Assembly: GCA_964586605.1 (NCBI GenBank)
Contig: CAZPGX010000002.1
Coordinates: 11,648 to 75,647, forward strand
Direction of reading: 5' to 3'
Source: an uncultured Planctomycetia bacterium
Lineage (GTDB): Bacteria; Omnitrophota; Gorgyraeia; JAFGHF01
Length of the DNA: 64,000 nt
Part shown: positions 10,558 through 20,996 of the stretch, piece after piece
Numbering within the stretch: position 1 is the first letter of the stretch
Layout of the letters: every line of letters begins with the position of its first letter
The notes under the pieces: model-generated
Told to the model about the DNA's origin: nothing
The model's database searches: none
What the model saw: only the letters and a program-made list of their open reading frames with translations
Position numbers and translations under genes: made by a program

Positions 10558-11346
10558 TTAATTTTTTAGTTGCTCAATTTCGGCTAAGAACTTTTCTGTA
10601 TCCTTAGTACCTTTAAGATAATATTTCGCCGAGGAACCCTTCCTTCTGCCGACCAAGATACTAATCCCGCCGATTTTGTTCACTGTCCGAAAGGCATCTT
10701 CATCGGTCAAGTCATCTCCGATATATATGGAAAGAATGTTTTTGCTCTTAAGCCTGCGCAGGAGCCAAAGAACGGCTCGGCCCTTACCCCACTCGATAGG
10801 GGGGCGCACCTCCCAGACCTTCTTGCCGCAGGTCAGCTTAATCTTACGCGCAGTTAAATAGGGCTTGGTAATTTGAAAAAAGAGCTTCTCCAGTCTGCGC
10901 AGTTTGCCGCCTTTAACCAGGCGATAATGCAAACTTAAACTTAGATGTTTTTGTTCCAGAGTAGCTTCCGAAAAAGGGGCCAGGCCCCTTTTTAAGCTTC
11001 GAGCAATTTGAGAGATTGCCGGGATAAATCTTTTTGCCTGAGGATAAATAAACCTTTTGCCTTTGCAGGCGATTTCCAGGCCGTGATTGCCGGCAAAAAA
11101 CAAATTTTTTAGGCCCACCTTTTCTTTGATGTCCTTAAGGGAACGGCCGCTGACAATTCCCACAAAAAACGTGCCGTTTTTTGAGATTTTGTTCAAAAGG
11201 AGGCGGATATTTTTACTGAGCTTAGCCTCTTTTGGCCGGGGTTTTATGGGAGTGATTGTGCCGTCAAAGTCTAGACATAAGAGAATGCGCGCCGGGCCCG
11301 ATATCCTCTTTTTTAATTTTTCCCAATCGCCAAAGATGTATCGCAT
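10558..11346 (-). CDS. otsB: Trehalose-6-phosphate phosphatase
   Basis: HAD motif LDFDGT, VSGR, GNHGLE, GKKVWEVRP..WGKG, GDDLTDEDAF. Confidence 0.93.
   Translation of the reverse strand: MRYIFGDWEKLKKRISGPARILLCLDFDGTITPIKPRPKEAKLSKNIRLLLNKISKNGTFFVGIVSGRSLKDIKEKVGLKNLFFAGNHGLEIACKGKRFIYPQAKRFIPAISQIARSLKRGLAPFSEATLEQKHLSLSLHYRLVKGGKLRRLEKLFFQITKPYLTARKIKLTCGKKVWEVRPPIEWGKGRAVLWLLRRLKSKNILSIYIGDDLTDEDAFRTVNKIGGISILVGRRKGSSAKYYLKGTKDTEKFLAEIEQLKN
10971..10993. repeat. REP-like palindrome copy 1 (inside otsB)
   Basis: AAAAAGGGGCCAGGCCCCTTTTT; encodes KRGLAPF. Confidence 0.7.
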
Positions 11347-11347
11347 A

Positions 11348-12835
11348 TCAGCGCAAAATCTTTACGGTTTTGGCCAGCTCATTAATAAATTTATTGGCCC
11401 ATCTATAGATGTCGTTTCGCACAATGATCTCGCGCAGCTGTTTCATTCTCCGGGCCTTTTCTTTTTGGGACATCTGCAGGACCTCTCTTAATTTATCGGC
11501 AAAGCCTTCGATATCGTAAGGATTCACCAGCACCGCCTCAGGCAGCTCGCGCGCGGCACCCGTAAAGCGGCTTAGAAGAAGTACTCCGTCCAATTTATTC
11601 TTGGCGCTGATATATTCTTTGGCCACAATATTCATCCCATCGTGCAGGGAACTTACTATACAGACATCTCCCAGGCGGTAAAAGGCCAGGGTCTCGGGGT
11701 GAGAAAGTGTCCGGCGCGTAAAGATTATTGGCGACCAGTTCTCGGTTGAATGCCTCCAGTTAATCTTCTCCACCAGTTCGTTTATCTTGTCGTTTAAATC
11801 CTTATATTGCCAAATATGCACCCGGGAAAGGGCGCCCATTTGAATAAAGACAAAGCGTTCTTTGTACTCCGGATATTTTTCCAGGAACCTGTCAATCGCC
11901 CTTAATCTCTCCGGGATACCTTTGGTATAATCAATGCGGTCTAACCCTAAGATAACCTTCACCTCATCGCTTAAAGAAAATTCTTCTCGAAAATGCGCCG
12001 CGCGGGCCTTGACTGCTTGAGAGCCAACGTTCTCGCTGATTTCTTCAAAATCCACGCTGATAGGAAAGGCCCGAATAACAGTCTCATGGCCGTGGCAAAT
12101 TATCGAAGTCTTCTCTCTGTCAATGCGGGCCTCAATCTCCTTTTCCACCGTGTTAATAAAGTTTGCGTCGTAATAGCGCAGGTGGAAGCCGAGCATATCA
12201 TTAGCCAAGAGACCTTCAAGGATCTCTTTCTTCATCGGGCAAATCCTAAAGGCCTCAGGATTGGGCCAGGGGATGTGCCAAAATTGAGCGCAGATTACGT
12301 CCTTTCTTTTTTCTTTGATATATTTGGCTACCAGGGCCAGATGATAATCCTGAATCCAGACGAAGGCCTTCTCTTTGCCGATTTCTTTCAGGATGGCATC
12401 GGCAAACATCTTATTTACCTTCTGATAATATTCCCAATCTGTCTGTCGAAAGATCGGCCGCGTATATACTACATGGCACAACGGCCAGAGGGCCTGGTTG
12501 GAAAAACCATAATAGTAGCCGTCGGCCTCATCCTTACTCAACCAGATTCTTTTTAAGGTATATTTCGGCTTCTCCGGAGGCAGTTGGACCTTACCCTCTG
12601 CATCGACTGCCCTTCTGTCGGCGCTGCCGCTACCATAGGCAACCCAGGTGCCGCCGCAGGCCTGTAAGATTGAATCTAAGGTATGCGCTGCTCCTCCTGC
12701 GGGCTTAAGATGGGCAACCTTGCCTTCTTTGAGGTAATGAATGTAGGGCTCGCGATTAGAGGCTACGACTACCCGGTAGCCTTCAAGCTTTTCGCGAATA
12801 GCCTTTTGTAGCTTTTGCTTGCTCGTAGCAGGCAT
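11348..12835 (-). CDS. otsA: Trehalose-6-phosphate synthase
   Basis: ASNREP, YYGFSNQALWPLCH, WIQDYHL, WHIPWP, DRIDYTKGI, DGMNIVAKEY, VNPYD. Confidence 0.95.
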   Translation of the reverse strand: MPATSKQKLQKAIREKLEGYRVVVASNREPYIHYLKEGKVAHLKPAGGAAHTLDSILQACGGTWVAYGSGSADRRAVDAEGKVQLPPEKPKYTLKRIWLSKDEADGYYYGFSNQALWPLCHVVYTRPIFRQTDWEYYQKVNKMFADAILKEIGKEKAFVWIQDYHLALVAKYIKEKRKDVICAQFWHIPWPNPEAFRICPMKKEILEGLLANDMLGFHLRYYDANFINTVEKEIEARIDREKTSIICHGHETVIRAFPISVDFEEISENVGSQAVKARAAHFREEFSLSDEVKVILGLDRIDYTKGIPERLRAIDRFLEKYPEYKERFVFIQMGALSRVHIWQYKDLNDKINELVEKINWRHSTENWSPIIFTRRTLSHPETLAFYRLGDVCIVSSLHDGMNIVAKEYISAKNKLDGVLLLSRFTGAARELPEAVLVNPYDIEGFADKLREVLQMSQKEKARRMKQLREIIVRNDIYRWANKFINELAKTVKILR

Positions 12836-12836
12836 C

Positions 12837-13313
12837 TTATTTCCTCTTCTTTATTGAGGCAGCAAGTTTCTTTTTAAACTGCGCTAACTTTTCAGCCAGT
12901 AATTTATCTTCCAGGGCCAAAATCTGCGCTGCTAAAATAGCGGCATTTTTGGCGCCGGCTGAGCCGATAGCCATAGCGGCCACCGGTACACCCGAAGGCA
13001 TCTGTACCGTGGAAAATAGCGAATCGATTCCTTTTAAGGCCTTGGTCATCATCGGCACGCCGATAACCGGCAGGGTTGTATGCGCGGCAATTACGCCGGC
13101 CAGGTGTGCTGCCCCCCCGGCACCGGCAATAATTACTTTGATTGCCCTGTTTCTGGCCGAAACTGCATAGTTAATCGTAGCCAGCGGCGTGCGGTGCGCC
13201 GAAAGGACCCTTACCTCCGGTTTGATTCCGAAAGCGTTAAGCATCTTTTCTGCTTCAGACATAACGGGCATATCGGATTTGCTGCCCATTACAATTGCGA
13301 CTTGTGCTTTCAT
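12837..13313 (-). CDS. purE: N5-CAIR mutase
   Basis: MGSKSD, SAHRTP, AGAGGAAHLAG, VQMPSGVPVA. Confidence 0.97.
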   Translation of the reverse strand: MKAQVAIVMGSKSDMPVMSEAEKMLNAFGIKPEVRVLSAHRTPLATINYAVSARNRAIKVIIAGAGGAAHLAGVIAAHTTLPVIGVPMMTKALKGIDSLFSTVQMPSGVPVAAMAIGSAGAKNAAILAAQILALEDKLLAEKLAQFKKKLAASIKKRK

Positions 13314-14581
13314 TTATTTAACGCCCTCCAGCCGATATCCCGGCGAAAATACATCTTTTCAAAATCTACTTTCTCAATTGCCTCATAGGCGCGAGATTGC
13401 GCCTGGGCGAGATCCTCTCCTAAGGAAACCACATTTAACACCCGCCCGCCTGATGTAAAGACCTTGCCGTTTTCCTGTTTCGTCCCGGCGTGGAAAACAA
13501 CTGTATCTTGAACTTTCTCTGCCCTCTGCAGGCCGGTAATCTCTTTTCCCTTTTCATAATTGCCCGGATAACCTCCGGAAGCCACCACTACGCAGATGCA
13601 GGGGCGCTTATCCCATTTTAAATTAACTTTGTCCAGATTGCCCTCAATCGTTGCCAGCATTACTTCTGTTAAATCGCTCCTTAGCCTGGGTAAAATCACC
13701 TGGGTCTCGGGGTCGCCAAAGCGCACATTGAACTCCAATATCTTCGGGCCGGAGGCAGTAACCATCAGGCCCGCATAAAGCACTCCCGTATATCTTTTGC
13801 CTTCGCTGTTTAATCCCAAAATCAACGGCTGCAAAATCTCTGAGTTAACTCTTTGCTCAAGCTGCGCAGTAACCACAGGGGCAGGTGAATAGGCACCCAT
13901 GCCTCCGGTATTGGGGCCGCGGTCGCCGTCATAAATCCTTTTATGGTCCTGCGAGGAAGCCAAAGAGACGATATTTTTCCCGTCAGAAAATACAAGGATC
14001 GAGGCCTCCTCGCCTTCTAAGCAATCTTCGATTACAACACGCGCTCCCGCATCGCCGAACTGCCTATCCACCATAGCCGTCTTTAAGGCCTGGTACGCTT
14101 CTTCAACATTACTGCAGACAAATACGCCTTTTCCTGCAGCTAGGCCATCGGCCTTGACTACACACGGCGTGCCTTTCTCGCGGATATAATCTGCGGCCTG
14201 TTCTTCATTCTCAAAGGTGCGGAATCCTGCCGTGGGCAGAGAAAAACGGGCCATGGTCTCTTTGGCAAAGACTTTACTTCCTTCTAAAAGAGCGAGTTTT
14301 TGTTGCGGGCCAAAAACTTTTAGGCCGCGCCTTTTGAACTCATCGACAATGCCGGAAACCAAAGGCATCTCCGGCCCGACAACCGTCAAATCAATCTTCC
14401 TCTGGCCGGCAAACTCGCCTAAGGCCTTGATATCGCCCGGGGCAATATGGATATTTTTGGCCAGGCTTTCGCTGCCTGCGTTTCCCGGAGCGCAGAAGAT
14501 TTCCTTAACCCTGTCTGACTGGGCAATCTTCCAGGCCAGGCAATGCTCCCGCCCGCCTGAGCCAATTACTAAAACCTTCAT
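13310..14581 (-). CDS. purD: Phosphoribosylamine-glycine ligase
   Basis: GSGGREH, VGPE, KADGLAAGKGV, QDHKR, NTGGMGAY, EFNVRFGDPE. Confidence 0.98.
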   Translation of the reverse strand: MKVLVIGSGGREHCLAWKIAQSDRVKEIFCAPGNAGSESLAKNIHIAPGDIKALGEFAGQRKIDLTVVGPEMPLVSGIVDEFKRRGLKVFGPQQKLALLEGSKVFAKETMARFSLPTAGFRTFENEEQAADYIREKGTPCVVKADGLAAGKGVFVCSNVEEAYQALKTAMVDRQFGDAGARVVIEDCLEGEEASILVFSDGKNIVSLASSQDHKRIYDGDRGPNTGGMGAYSPAPVVTAQLEQRVNSEILQPLILGLNSEGKRYTGVLYAGLMVTASGPKILEFNVRFGDPETQVILPRLRSDLTEVMLATIEGNLDKVNLKWDKRPCICVVVASGGYPGNYEKGKEITGLQRAEKVQDTVVFHAGTKQENGKVFTSGGRVLNVVSLGEDLAQAQSRAYEAIEKVDFEKMYFRRDIGWRALNK

Positions 14582-15597
14582 ACTATTACTTCTCTTTTGC
14601 CCTTAACTATCTCGCCGATTATCCAAGACCTTAGATTAAACTTTTGCCTAAGGAACCTGATAATTCTCCCGGATGTCTTTGGCGAAACTATCAAAACCAT
14701 GCCAATACCCATATTAAAGGTACGCAGCATCTGGCGCGCTTGGAGATGAGCCCGCGATTTAATCTCCTGGAATATATCGGGTATGGGCCAGGAGTTCTTG
14801 CAAAGTTCTACAGCTAATCCATCAGGAATAACCCGGGGGATTTTATCAATAAAGGCGCCGCCGGTGATGTGGGCGATGCCCTTTATAGTTGTAAGTTGTA
14901 AGTTGTAAGTTGTAAGTAAAGATAGGATCGGTTTTGTATAGATTCTTGTGGGAGTTAGAAACTCTTTAGCGCGCCTGTTTAACTCTTTTTTAGAAAATAG
15001 CTTTCTGACTAGAGAATAGCCGTTGGAGTGAAGGCCGGAAGAGGCCAGGCCGATTACCTGGTCGCCCAGTTTTATTCTGGAGCCGTCGATTATTTTATTC
15101 TTCTCCACTACCGCCACGCAAAATCCGGATAAGTCATACTCCCCTTCCTGATAAAAGTCGGGCATCTCGGCGGTTTCGCCGCCGATTAAGGCGCAATTTG
15201 CCTGACGGCATCCGGCGCTGATGCCTTTTACTACATCAACCAATGTCTTCTTCTTGAGTTTTCCCGTAGCAATATAATCCAAGAAAAAAAGCGGCTCAGC
15301 CCCGCAGCAGATACAATCATCCACATTCATCGCTACTAAATCAATACCCACTGTGTCGTGAATGCCGGCTAAAAAGGCCAGTTTGAGCTTTGTGCCTACG
15401 CCGTCGCTTGAGGAAACTAAGACCGGATTTTTGTATCTTTTAGACAACTCAAAAAATCCGCCAAATGAGCCAATGTTGCCCAACCAACCCGGCCGCTGCG
15501 TGGATTTAACCAGGCGTTTAATATCTTTAACAAAGCTTTCGGCCTTATCAATATCCACGCCTGCTTTTTTATATGTTATACTCTTTCTTTTCGCCAC
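14578..15597 (-). CDS. purM: AIR synthase
   Basis: YKKAGVDID, DGVGTK, GGETAEMP, HSNGYS, AHITGG, TFNMGIG. Contains a heptamer-repeat segment. Confidence 0.97.
   Translation of the reverse strand: MAKRKSITYKKAGVDIDKAESFVKDIKRLVKSTQRPGWLGNIGSFGGFFELSKRYKNPVLVSSSDGVGTKLKLAFLAGIHDTVGIDLVAMNVDDCICCGAEPLFFLDYIATGKLKKKTLVDVVKGISAGCRQANCALIGGETAEMPDFYQEGEYDLSGFCVAVVEKNKIIDGSRIKLGDQVIGLASSGLHSNGYSLVRKLFSKKELNRRAKEFLTPTRIYTKPILSLLTTYNLQLTTIKGIAHITGGAFIDKIPRVIPDGLAVELCKNSWPIPDIFQEIKSRAHLQARQMLRTFNMGIGMVLIVSPKTSGRIIRFLRQKFNLRSWIIGEIVKGKREVIV
14887..14917. repeat. Heptamer tandem array (AGTTGTA)x4 inside purM
   Basis: Four perfect copies at 14887-14914 plus AGT; encodes LTTYNLQLTT. Confidence 0.9.
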
Positions 15598-16301
15598 TAA
15601 CCGAGAACCCTTTTTAATACCTCTTGATAGGCCCCTTCGATGTCGCCTAAATCGCGGCGGAATCTGTCTTTGTCCAACTTTTTATTTGTCTGTTTATCCC
15701 AGAGGCGGCAGGTATCCGGTGAGATTTCGTCGCCTAAAAGGATTTTTCCTTTATGGCGACCGAACTCCAGCTTAAAATCAACAAGCTTCAGGCCTAACCT
15801 GTCAAAAAATTCCTGCAAAATCTTATTAATCTTAAAAGAGTATTGGGCAATTTTATCCATCTCTCTTTTCGTGGCCAGATTCAGGGCATAGATATGGTAT
15901 TCGTTAATTAGAGGGTCATGCAGTGCGTCTTTTTTATAATGGTATTCCAGCACCGGTTCTTTTAGCGCTAGCCCCTCATCAAGTCCCAACTGTTTAGCCA
16001 TGCCTCCGGCAACGATATTGCGAATGGTTACCTCAACCAGGATAATCTCCAATTTCTTCACCAGCATCTCGCGCTCGCTTAGAAGCTTGACAAAATGCGT
16101 AGGCACCCCTTTAGATTCCAAAAGCTTAAAAATACGTACAGAAATTTTATTATTGCAGACGCCTTTGCCTACAATTGTGCCGCGCTTGGTGGCATCAAAG
16201 GCAGTGGCATCATCTTTAAAATCCTGAATTAAAAGGTCGGGGTCATCCGTCTCGTAAACCTTCTTGGCCTTGCCTTCATAGATAAGTTTTCCCTTCTTCA
16301 T
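15597..16301 (-). CDS. purC: SAICAR synthetase
   Basis: [41 protein letters not shown]. Confidence 0.97.
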   Translation of the reverse strand: MKKGKLIYEGKAKKVYETDDPDLLIQDFKDDATAFDATKRGTIVGKGVCNNKISVRIFKLLESKGVPTHFVKLLSEREMLVKKLEIILVEVTIRNIVAGGMAKQLGLDEGLALKEPVLEYHYKKDALHDPLINEYHIYALNLATKREMDKIAQYSFKINKILQEFFDRLGLKLVDFKLEFGRHKGKILLGDEISPDTCRLWDKQTNKKLDKDRFRRDLGDIEGAYQEVLKRVLG

Positions 16302-17590
16302 AGTCCTATTCTCCTGAAAATTTTATCTACATGACGCAGATATGACCTTTGGTCAAAGCAATCTTTGATTTCTTTCTTAGTTAGGTGCCTTGTAATCTGC
16401 GTATCGCCTGTTACTACATCCTTAAAATTTAACTCCGATTCCCAGACCCGGGATGCTGCTTGCTGCACTAAATCGTAACTTCTGGTTCGCGAAATTCCTT
16501 TTCCCATTAGGACCAGAAGCAGCCGTTGCGAGAAAATCAGGCCGCGAGTTTTATTTAGATTTTCTTTCATCTTCTCAGGGTAGACTAGCATATTGTCCAC
16601 AATCCAATTAACCTTGGTTAGCATATAATCAAGCAGGATTGTAGAGTCGGGAATGATTACCCTCTCTACGGAAGAGTGGCTGATATCCCGCTCATGCCAG
16701 AGGGCCACATTCTCCAGCGCCGCCTGGGCATTGCCTCTTAAAATGCGCGCCAGGCCACAGATTCTCTCGCAAAGGATGGGATTACGTTTATGGGGCATCG
16801 CGCTTGAGCCTTTTTGGGTTTTGGTAAAAGGCTCCATGGCCTCATTTACTTCACTGCGCTGTAGATGGCGGATTTCCTGAGCAAATCTTTCTAAGGAAGC
16901 GCCAAGCAGGGCAATCGTTACGATAAACTGGGCGTGGCGGTCGCGCGGAATTACCTGGGTGGTGATAGTTGCGGGTTTAAGATTTACCTTTTTGCAGACA
17001 TAGGCTTCCACAGAAGGGTCAAGATGGGCATATGTGCCTACTGCGCCGGAAATCTTGCCATAGCCCACGGCCTCTTGTGCCTCTTCCAGCCTTTTCAGGT
17101 TGCGTTTCATTTCATCGTAGAAAAGGGCAAATTTTAATCCGAAGGTAATCGGCTCGGCATGAATGCCGTGGGTGCGGCCCACGCAAATAGTCTGTTTATA
17201 TTCTCTGGCACGCCTGGCGCAGGAATGAAGCAGCTTTTTCACATCTTCAATCAAAATCCTGGCTGCCTCTTTTAGGCTCATCGCCAGGGTCGTATCTAAA
17301 AGATCGTTCGAAGTCAAACCAAGGTGGAAATAGCGCGAATCCTGCCCTAAATTTTCGCAAACCTGTGCAACGAAAGCAATTATGTCGTGACGGGTCTTGT
17401 TCTCGAGCTCCTCAATGCGCTCAATATTAATTTTGGCCTTCTGCTTGATATTGATTAAAGCCTGTTTGGGGATTTTGCCTTCGCGGTTCAGGGCCTCACA
17501 AACTAAAAGTTCCACCTCAAGCATCCGGCGAAACTTATTCTGATCCTCCCAAATCCGGCCCATCTTAGGAAGAGTGTATCTTTTTATCAT
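16298..17590 (-). CDS. purB: Adenylosuccinate lyase
   Basis: [46 protein letters not shown]. Confidence 0.98.
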   Translation of the reverse strand: MIKRYTLPKMGRIWEDQNKFRRMLEVELLVCEALNREGKIPKQALINIKQKAKINIERIEELENKTRHDIIAFVAQVCENLGQDSRYFHLGLTSNDLLDTTLAMSLKEAARILIEDVKKLLHSCARRAREYKQTICVGRTHGIHAEPITFGLKFALFYDEMKRNLKRLEEAQEAVGYGKISGAVGTYAHLDPSVEAYVCKKVNLKPATITTQVIPRDRHAQFIVTIALLGASLERFAQEIRHLQRSEVNEAMEPFTKTQKGSSAMPHKRNPILCERICGLARILRGNAQAALENVALWHERDISHSSVERVIIPDSTILLDYMLTKVNWIVDNMLVYPEKMKENLNKTRGLIFSQRLLLVLMGKGISRTRSYDLVQQAASRVWESELNFKDVVTGDTQITRHLTKKEIKDCFDQRSYLRHVDKIFRRIGL

Positions 17591-17614
17591 TTTATCCCCC
17601 TTTTAGGAACTTAT

Positions 17615-17644
17615 ATTATACCAGATATGGTAGTGTCCAGTCAA
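17615..17644 (-). promoter_or_regulatory. Sigma70-type promoter for the purB operon
   Basis: TTGACT-18 nt-TATAAT, then a GGGGG SD-like run before ATG 17590. Confidence 0.65.
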
Positions 17645-17647
17645 ACG

Positions 17648-17686
17648 AAAATAAAAAATCCCCACAGCTTGAAGCTATGGGGATTT
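17648..17686 (-). terminator. Intrinsic terminator after tRNA-fMet
   Basis: Hairpin AAATCCCCATAGCT-TCA-AGCTGTGGGGATTT followed by a T-rich run on the minus strand. Confidence 0.8.
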
Positions 17687-17734
17687 CAAGATGGTAGCGG
17701 GGGGCCGATTTGAACGGCCGACCTTCAGGTTATG

Positions 17735-18378
17735 CCTACCACTACAGCTTTCGCTGCTTCCCCACCACAAAAGTTCCGTGGTGACAAATTTGTAGTCTGG
17801 ACTATACCTTAACCCCGAATCTTCGGGGTCCCTGCCATCTAGTCTCTACACCTTCCCTCGTTTTAGAGGGCTTGGCTCGGCATTGCCTTGAAATGACATC
17901 GAGGGTTTCACCGAATTTGACAGGTTACCCTTCAAGCGTTACCGCCTGAGGAGCCCATTGGACAATAAATCCCATCGCTCTCTGTAATCTGCTGACTTTG
18001 GTCTGCGTTGCCTTTTATCTGATTCTACAAATGTTATGCTACTTCCATAACGAGAAAAGACAGATATAGGCATTACATAGAACACATTTAAGTCAGCAAC
18101 ATAAGCAATTGCAAAATCAAAATCATTCGTATCGTAACGTTGCCTCAACATATGTCGGCGATTTGTCTTAGTTCGACGCACATCAACATTATAACATTTT
18201 GTCTTCGCGTTAAACCAAGCGCTCTTCACCTGAATACGTATGAGTTTTCTGTCAAGATCGACTGCCAAATCATACGCTAATCGATCTCCAACAGGCCGCA
18301 GCACCCTAAAGCCTCTTTTTAGAAGCTCGGTCGCGACAGCTGATTCTGCAATGTCGGCTTTGAGCTTTGTGTCCATTG
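17735..18378 (-). mobile_element. Group I intron (IC3-like), 644 nt, inserted between tRNA U33 and C34
   Basis: The 5' exon ends in U and the intron ends in G. IGS TGGGCT (17957-17952) pairs with GGCT|CA including a U-G wobble. P element AAATTCGGTGAAAC, Q GGCAATGCCGAGCCAAG, R GTGTAGAGACTA, S AAGGTATAGTCC. P3 CCTGTCA/TGGCAGG, P7 GACTA/TAGTC, GNRA loops in P2 and P9. Confidence 0.95.
17939..18376 (-). CDS. Intron-encoded PD-(D/E)XK homing endonuclease (I-Ssp6803I-like), 145 aa
   Basis: MDTKLKADIAE..GDRLAYDL..IQVKSAW..RRTKTNRR..NDFDFAIAY..DKRQRRPKS..YRERW matches my recollection of the I-Ssp6803I motif pattern (not aligned). ATG lies 2 nt inside the intron. Confidence 0.9.
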   Translation of the reverse strand: MDTKLKADIAESAVATELLKRGFRVLRPVGDRLAYDLAVDLDRKLIRIQVKSAWFNAKTKCYNVDVRRTKTNRRHMLRQRYDTNDFDFAIAYVADLNVFYVMPISVFSRYGSSITFVESDKRQRRPKSADYRERWDLLSNGLLRR

Positions 18379-18423
18379 AGCCTGACGAGCTACCGGACTG
18401 CTCTACCCCGCGTTGTTCTACAA

Positions 18424-18452
18424 ATGGTATCATATTTAACCGCTTAAGTCAA
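18424..18452 (-). promoter_or_regulatory. Promoter of tRNA-fMet
   Basis: TTGACT-17 nt-TACCAT with an extended TGn; the -10 ends 11 nt upstream of the tRNA 5' end. Confidence 0.75.
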
Positions 18453-18465
18453 CTTCTTTCTTATC

Positions 18466-18804
18466 TTACGATGTCTGCAAAAACCGCGCTAACTTCTCTT
18501 CAAAATCGGACGACTTGAAACCTGCCGGCCGGCCGGCCGGGCCGGATTTGGCTCTCTGGGAATCAGCCCTGAGGCCTTTCATGGTTAAATCAATCTTCCT
18601 GCCCGGACCCAGCTTAATTATTCTGGCCTTGACCCTATCGCCTACCTTAAGATGCTCATTAACATTCTTGACGTAGTCATCGGAGATCTGGGAAATATGG
18701 ATTAAACCGTTACCTCTGCCGTAAATCTTAACAAAGGCGCCAAAGTCCGTAATCTTGGCGACCTCTGCTTCTACCATTTCGCCTATTTTAAAAACCGTCG
18801 TCAT
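18466..18804 (-). CDS. S1 RNA-binding domain protein (YugI/YabR-like)
   Basis: KITDFGAFV, GLIHISQISDDYVK, KIDLTMK, C-terminal FEEKLARFL. Confidence 0.9.
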   Translation of the reverse strand: MTTVFKIGEMVEAEVAKITDFGAFVKIYGRGNGLIHISQISDDYVKNVNEHLKVGDRVKARIIKLGPGRKIDLTMKGLRADSQRAKSGPAGRPAGFKSSDFEEKLARFLQTS

Positions 18805-18816
18805 AACCTGAAGAAT

Positions 18817-20396
<1,580 letters not shown>

Positions 20397-20400
<4 letters not shown>

Positions 20401-20993
20401 CTAATTTTTACTTTGCGTCCTTCTATTTTCAGTTTTCCTGCTACAAAAAGTTTAATCGTTTTGGGATAAAGCTGATGCTCTATCTTATGAATGCGCTCAG
20501 CTAAGGATTCTTCTGTATCGTTTTCCCCTATCTCTACGGTTTCCTGCAAAATTATTGGACCGTGATCCATTTCCCGATCAACGAAATGTACTGTTACGCC
20601 GGTGGTCTTGGCCTTAGCCTCCAAGGCATCGCGAATCGCATGGGCGCCTTTAAAAGCAGGTAAAAGTGCCGGATGAATATTTATAATGCTGTTGGGATAC
20701 TTTTTAAGCAGCGTAGGCCCAATAATGCGCATAAAACCGGCCAGGCAAATCAGCTCTATGTTTTCTTGTTCTAAATTTTTTATAATTTCATTTTCAAATT
20801 CTTCTTTGTTTTTAAATTTCTTTCTTTCTATTAATACAGATTTAATGCCTTCTTTTCTGGCGCGCTGCAGGGCAAAGGCTTCTGGATTATCACAAACCAT
20901 CAAGGCGACTTTAGTTGATAAGTCATCTTTTAAGCTATCTACAATGGCTTGAAAATTGCTGCCATTACCTGAGCAAAAAACTGCAATGTTCAC
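20397..20993 (-). CDS. purN: Phosphoribosylglycinamide formyltransferase
   Basis: SGNGSNFQAI, LAGFMRI, NIHPALLP, GVTVHFVD..DHGPII. Confidence 0.97.
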
Positions 20994-20996
20994 TGT

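Larger units (their letters stand above)
17692..18412 (-). tRNA. Initiator tRNA-fMet(CAU), split: 5' exon 18412-18379, 3' exon 17734-17692
   Basis: Joined exons give 77 nt: CGCGGGGTAGAGCAGTCCGGTAGCTCGTCAGGCT|CATAACCTGAAGGTCGGCCGTTCAAATCGGCCCCCCGCTACCA. Full cloverleaf, unpaired C1/U72, CAU anticodon, encoded CCA. Confidence 0.95.

Noticed and set aside
18377-18433. 19-aa N-terminal extension of the endonuclease ORF (MIPFVEQRGVEQSGSSSGS)
   Set aside because: It is the translated tRNA 5' exon, and ATG 18433 lies upstream of the predicted -10 box.
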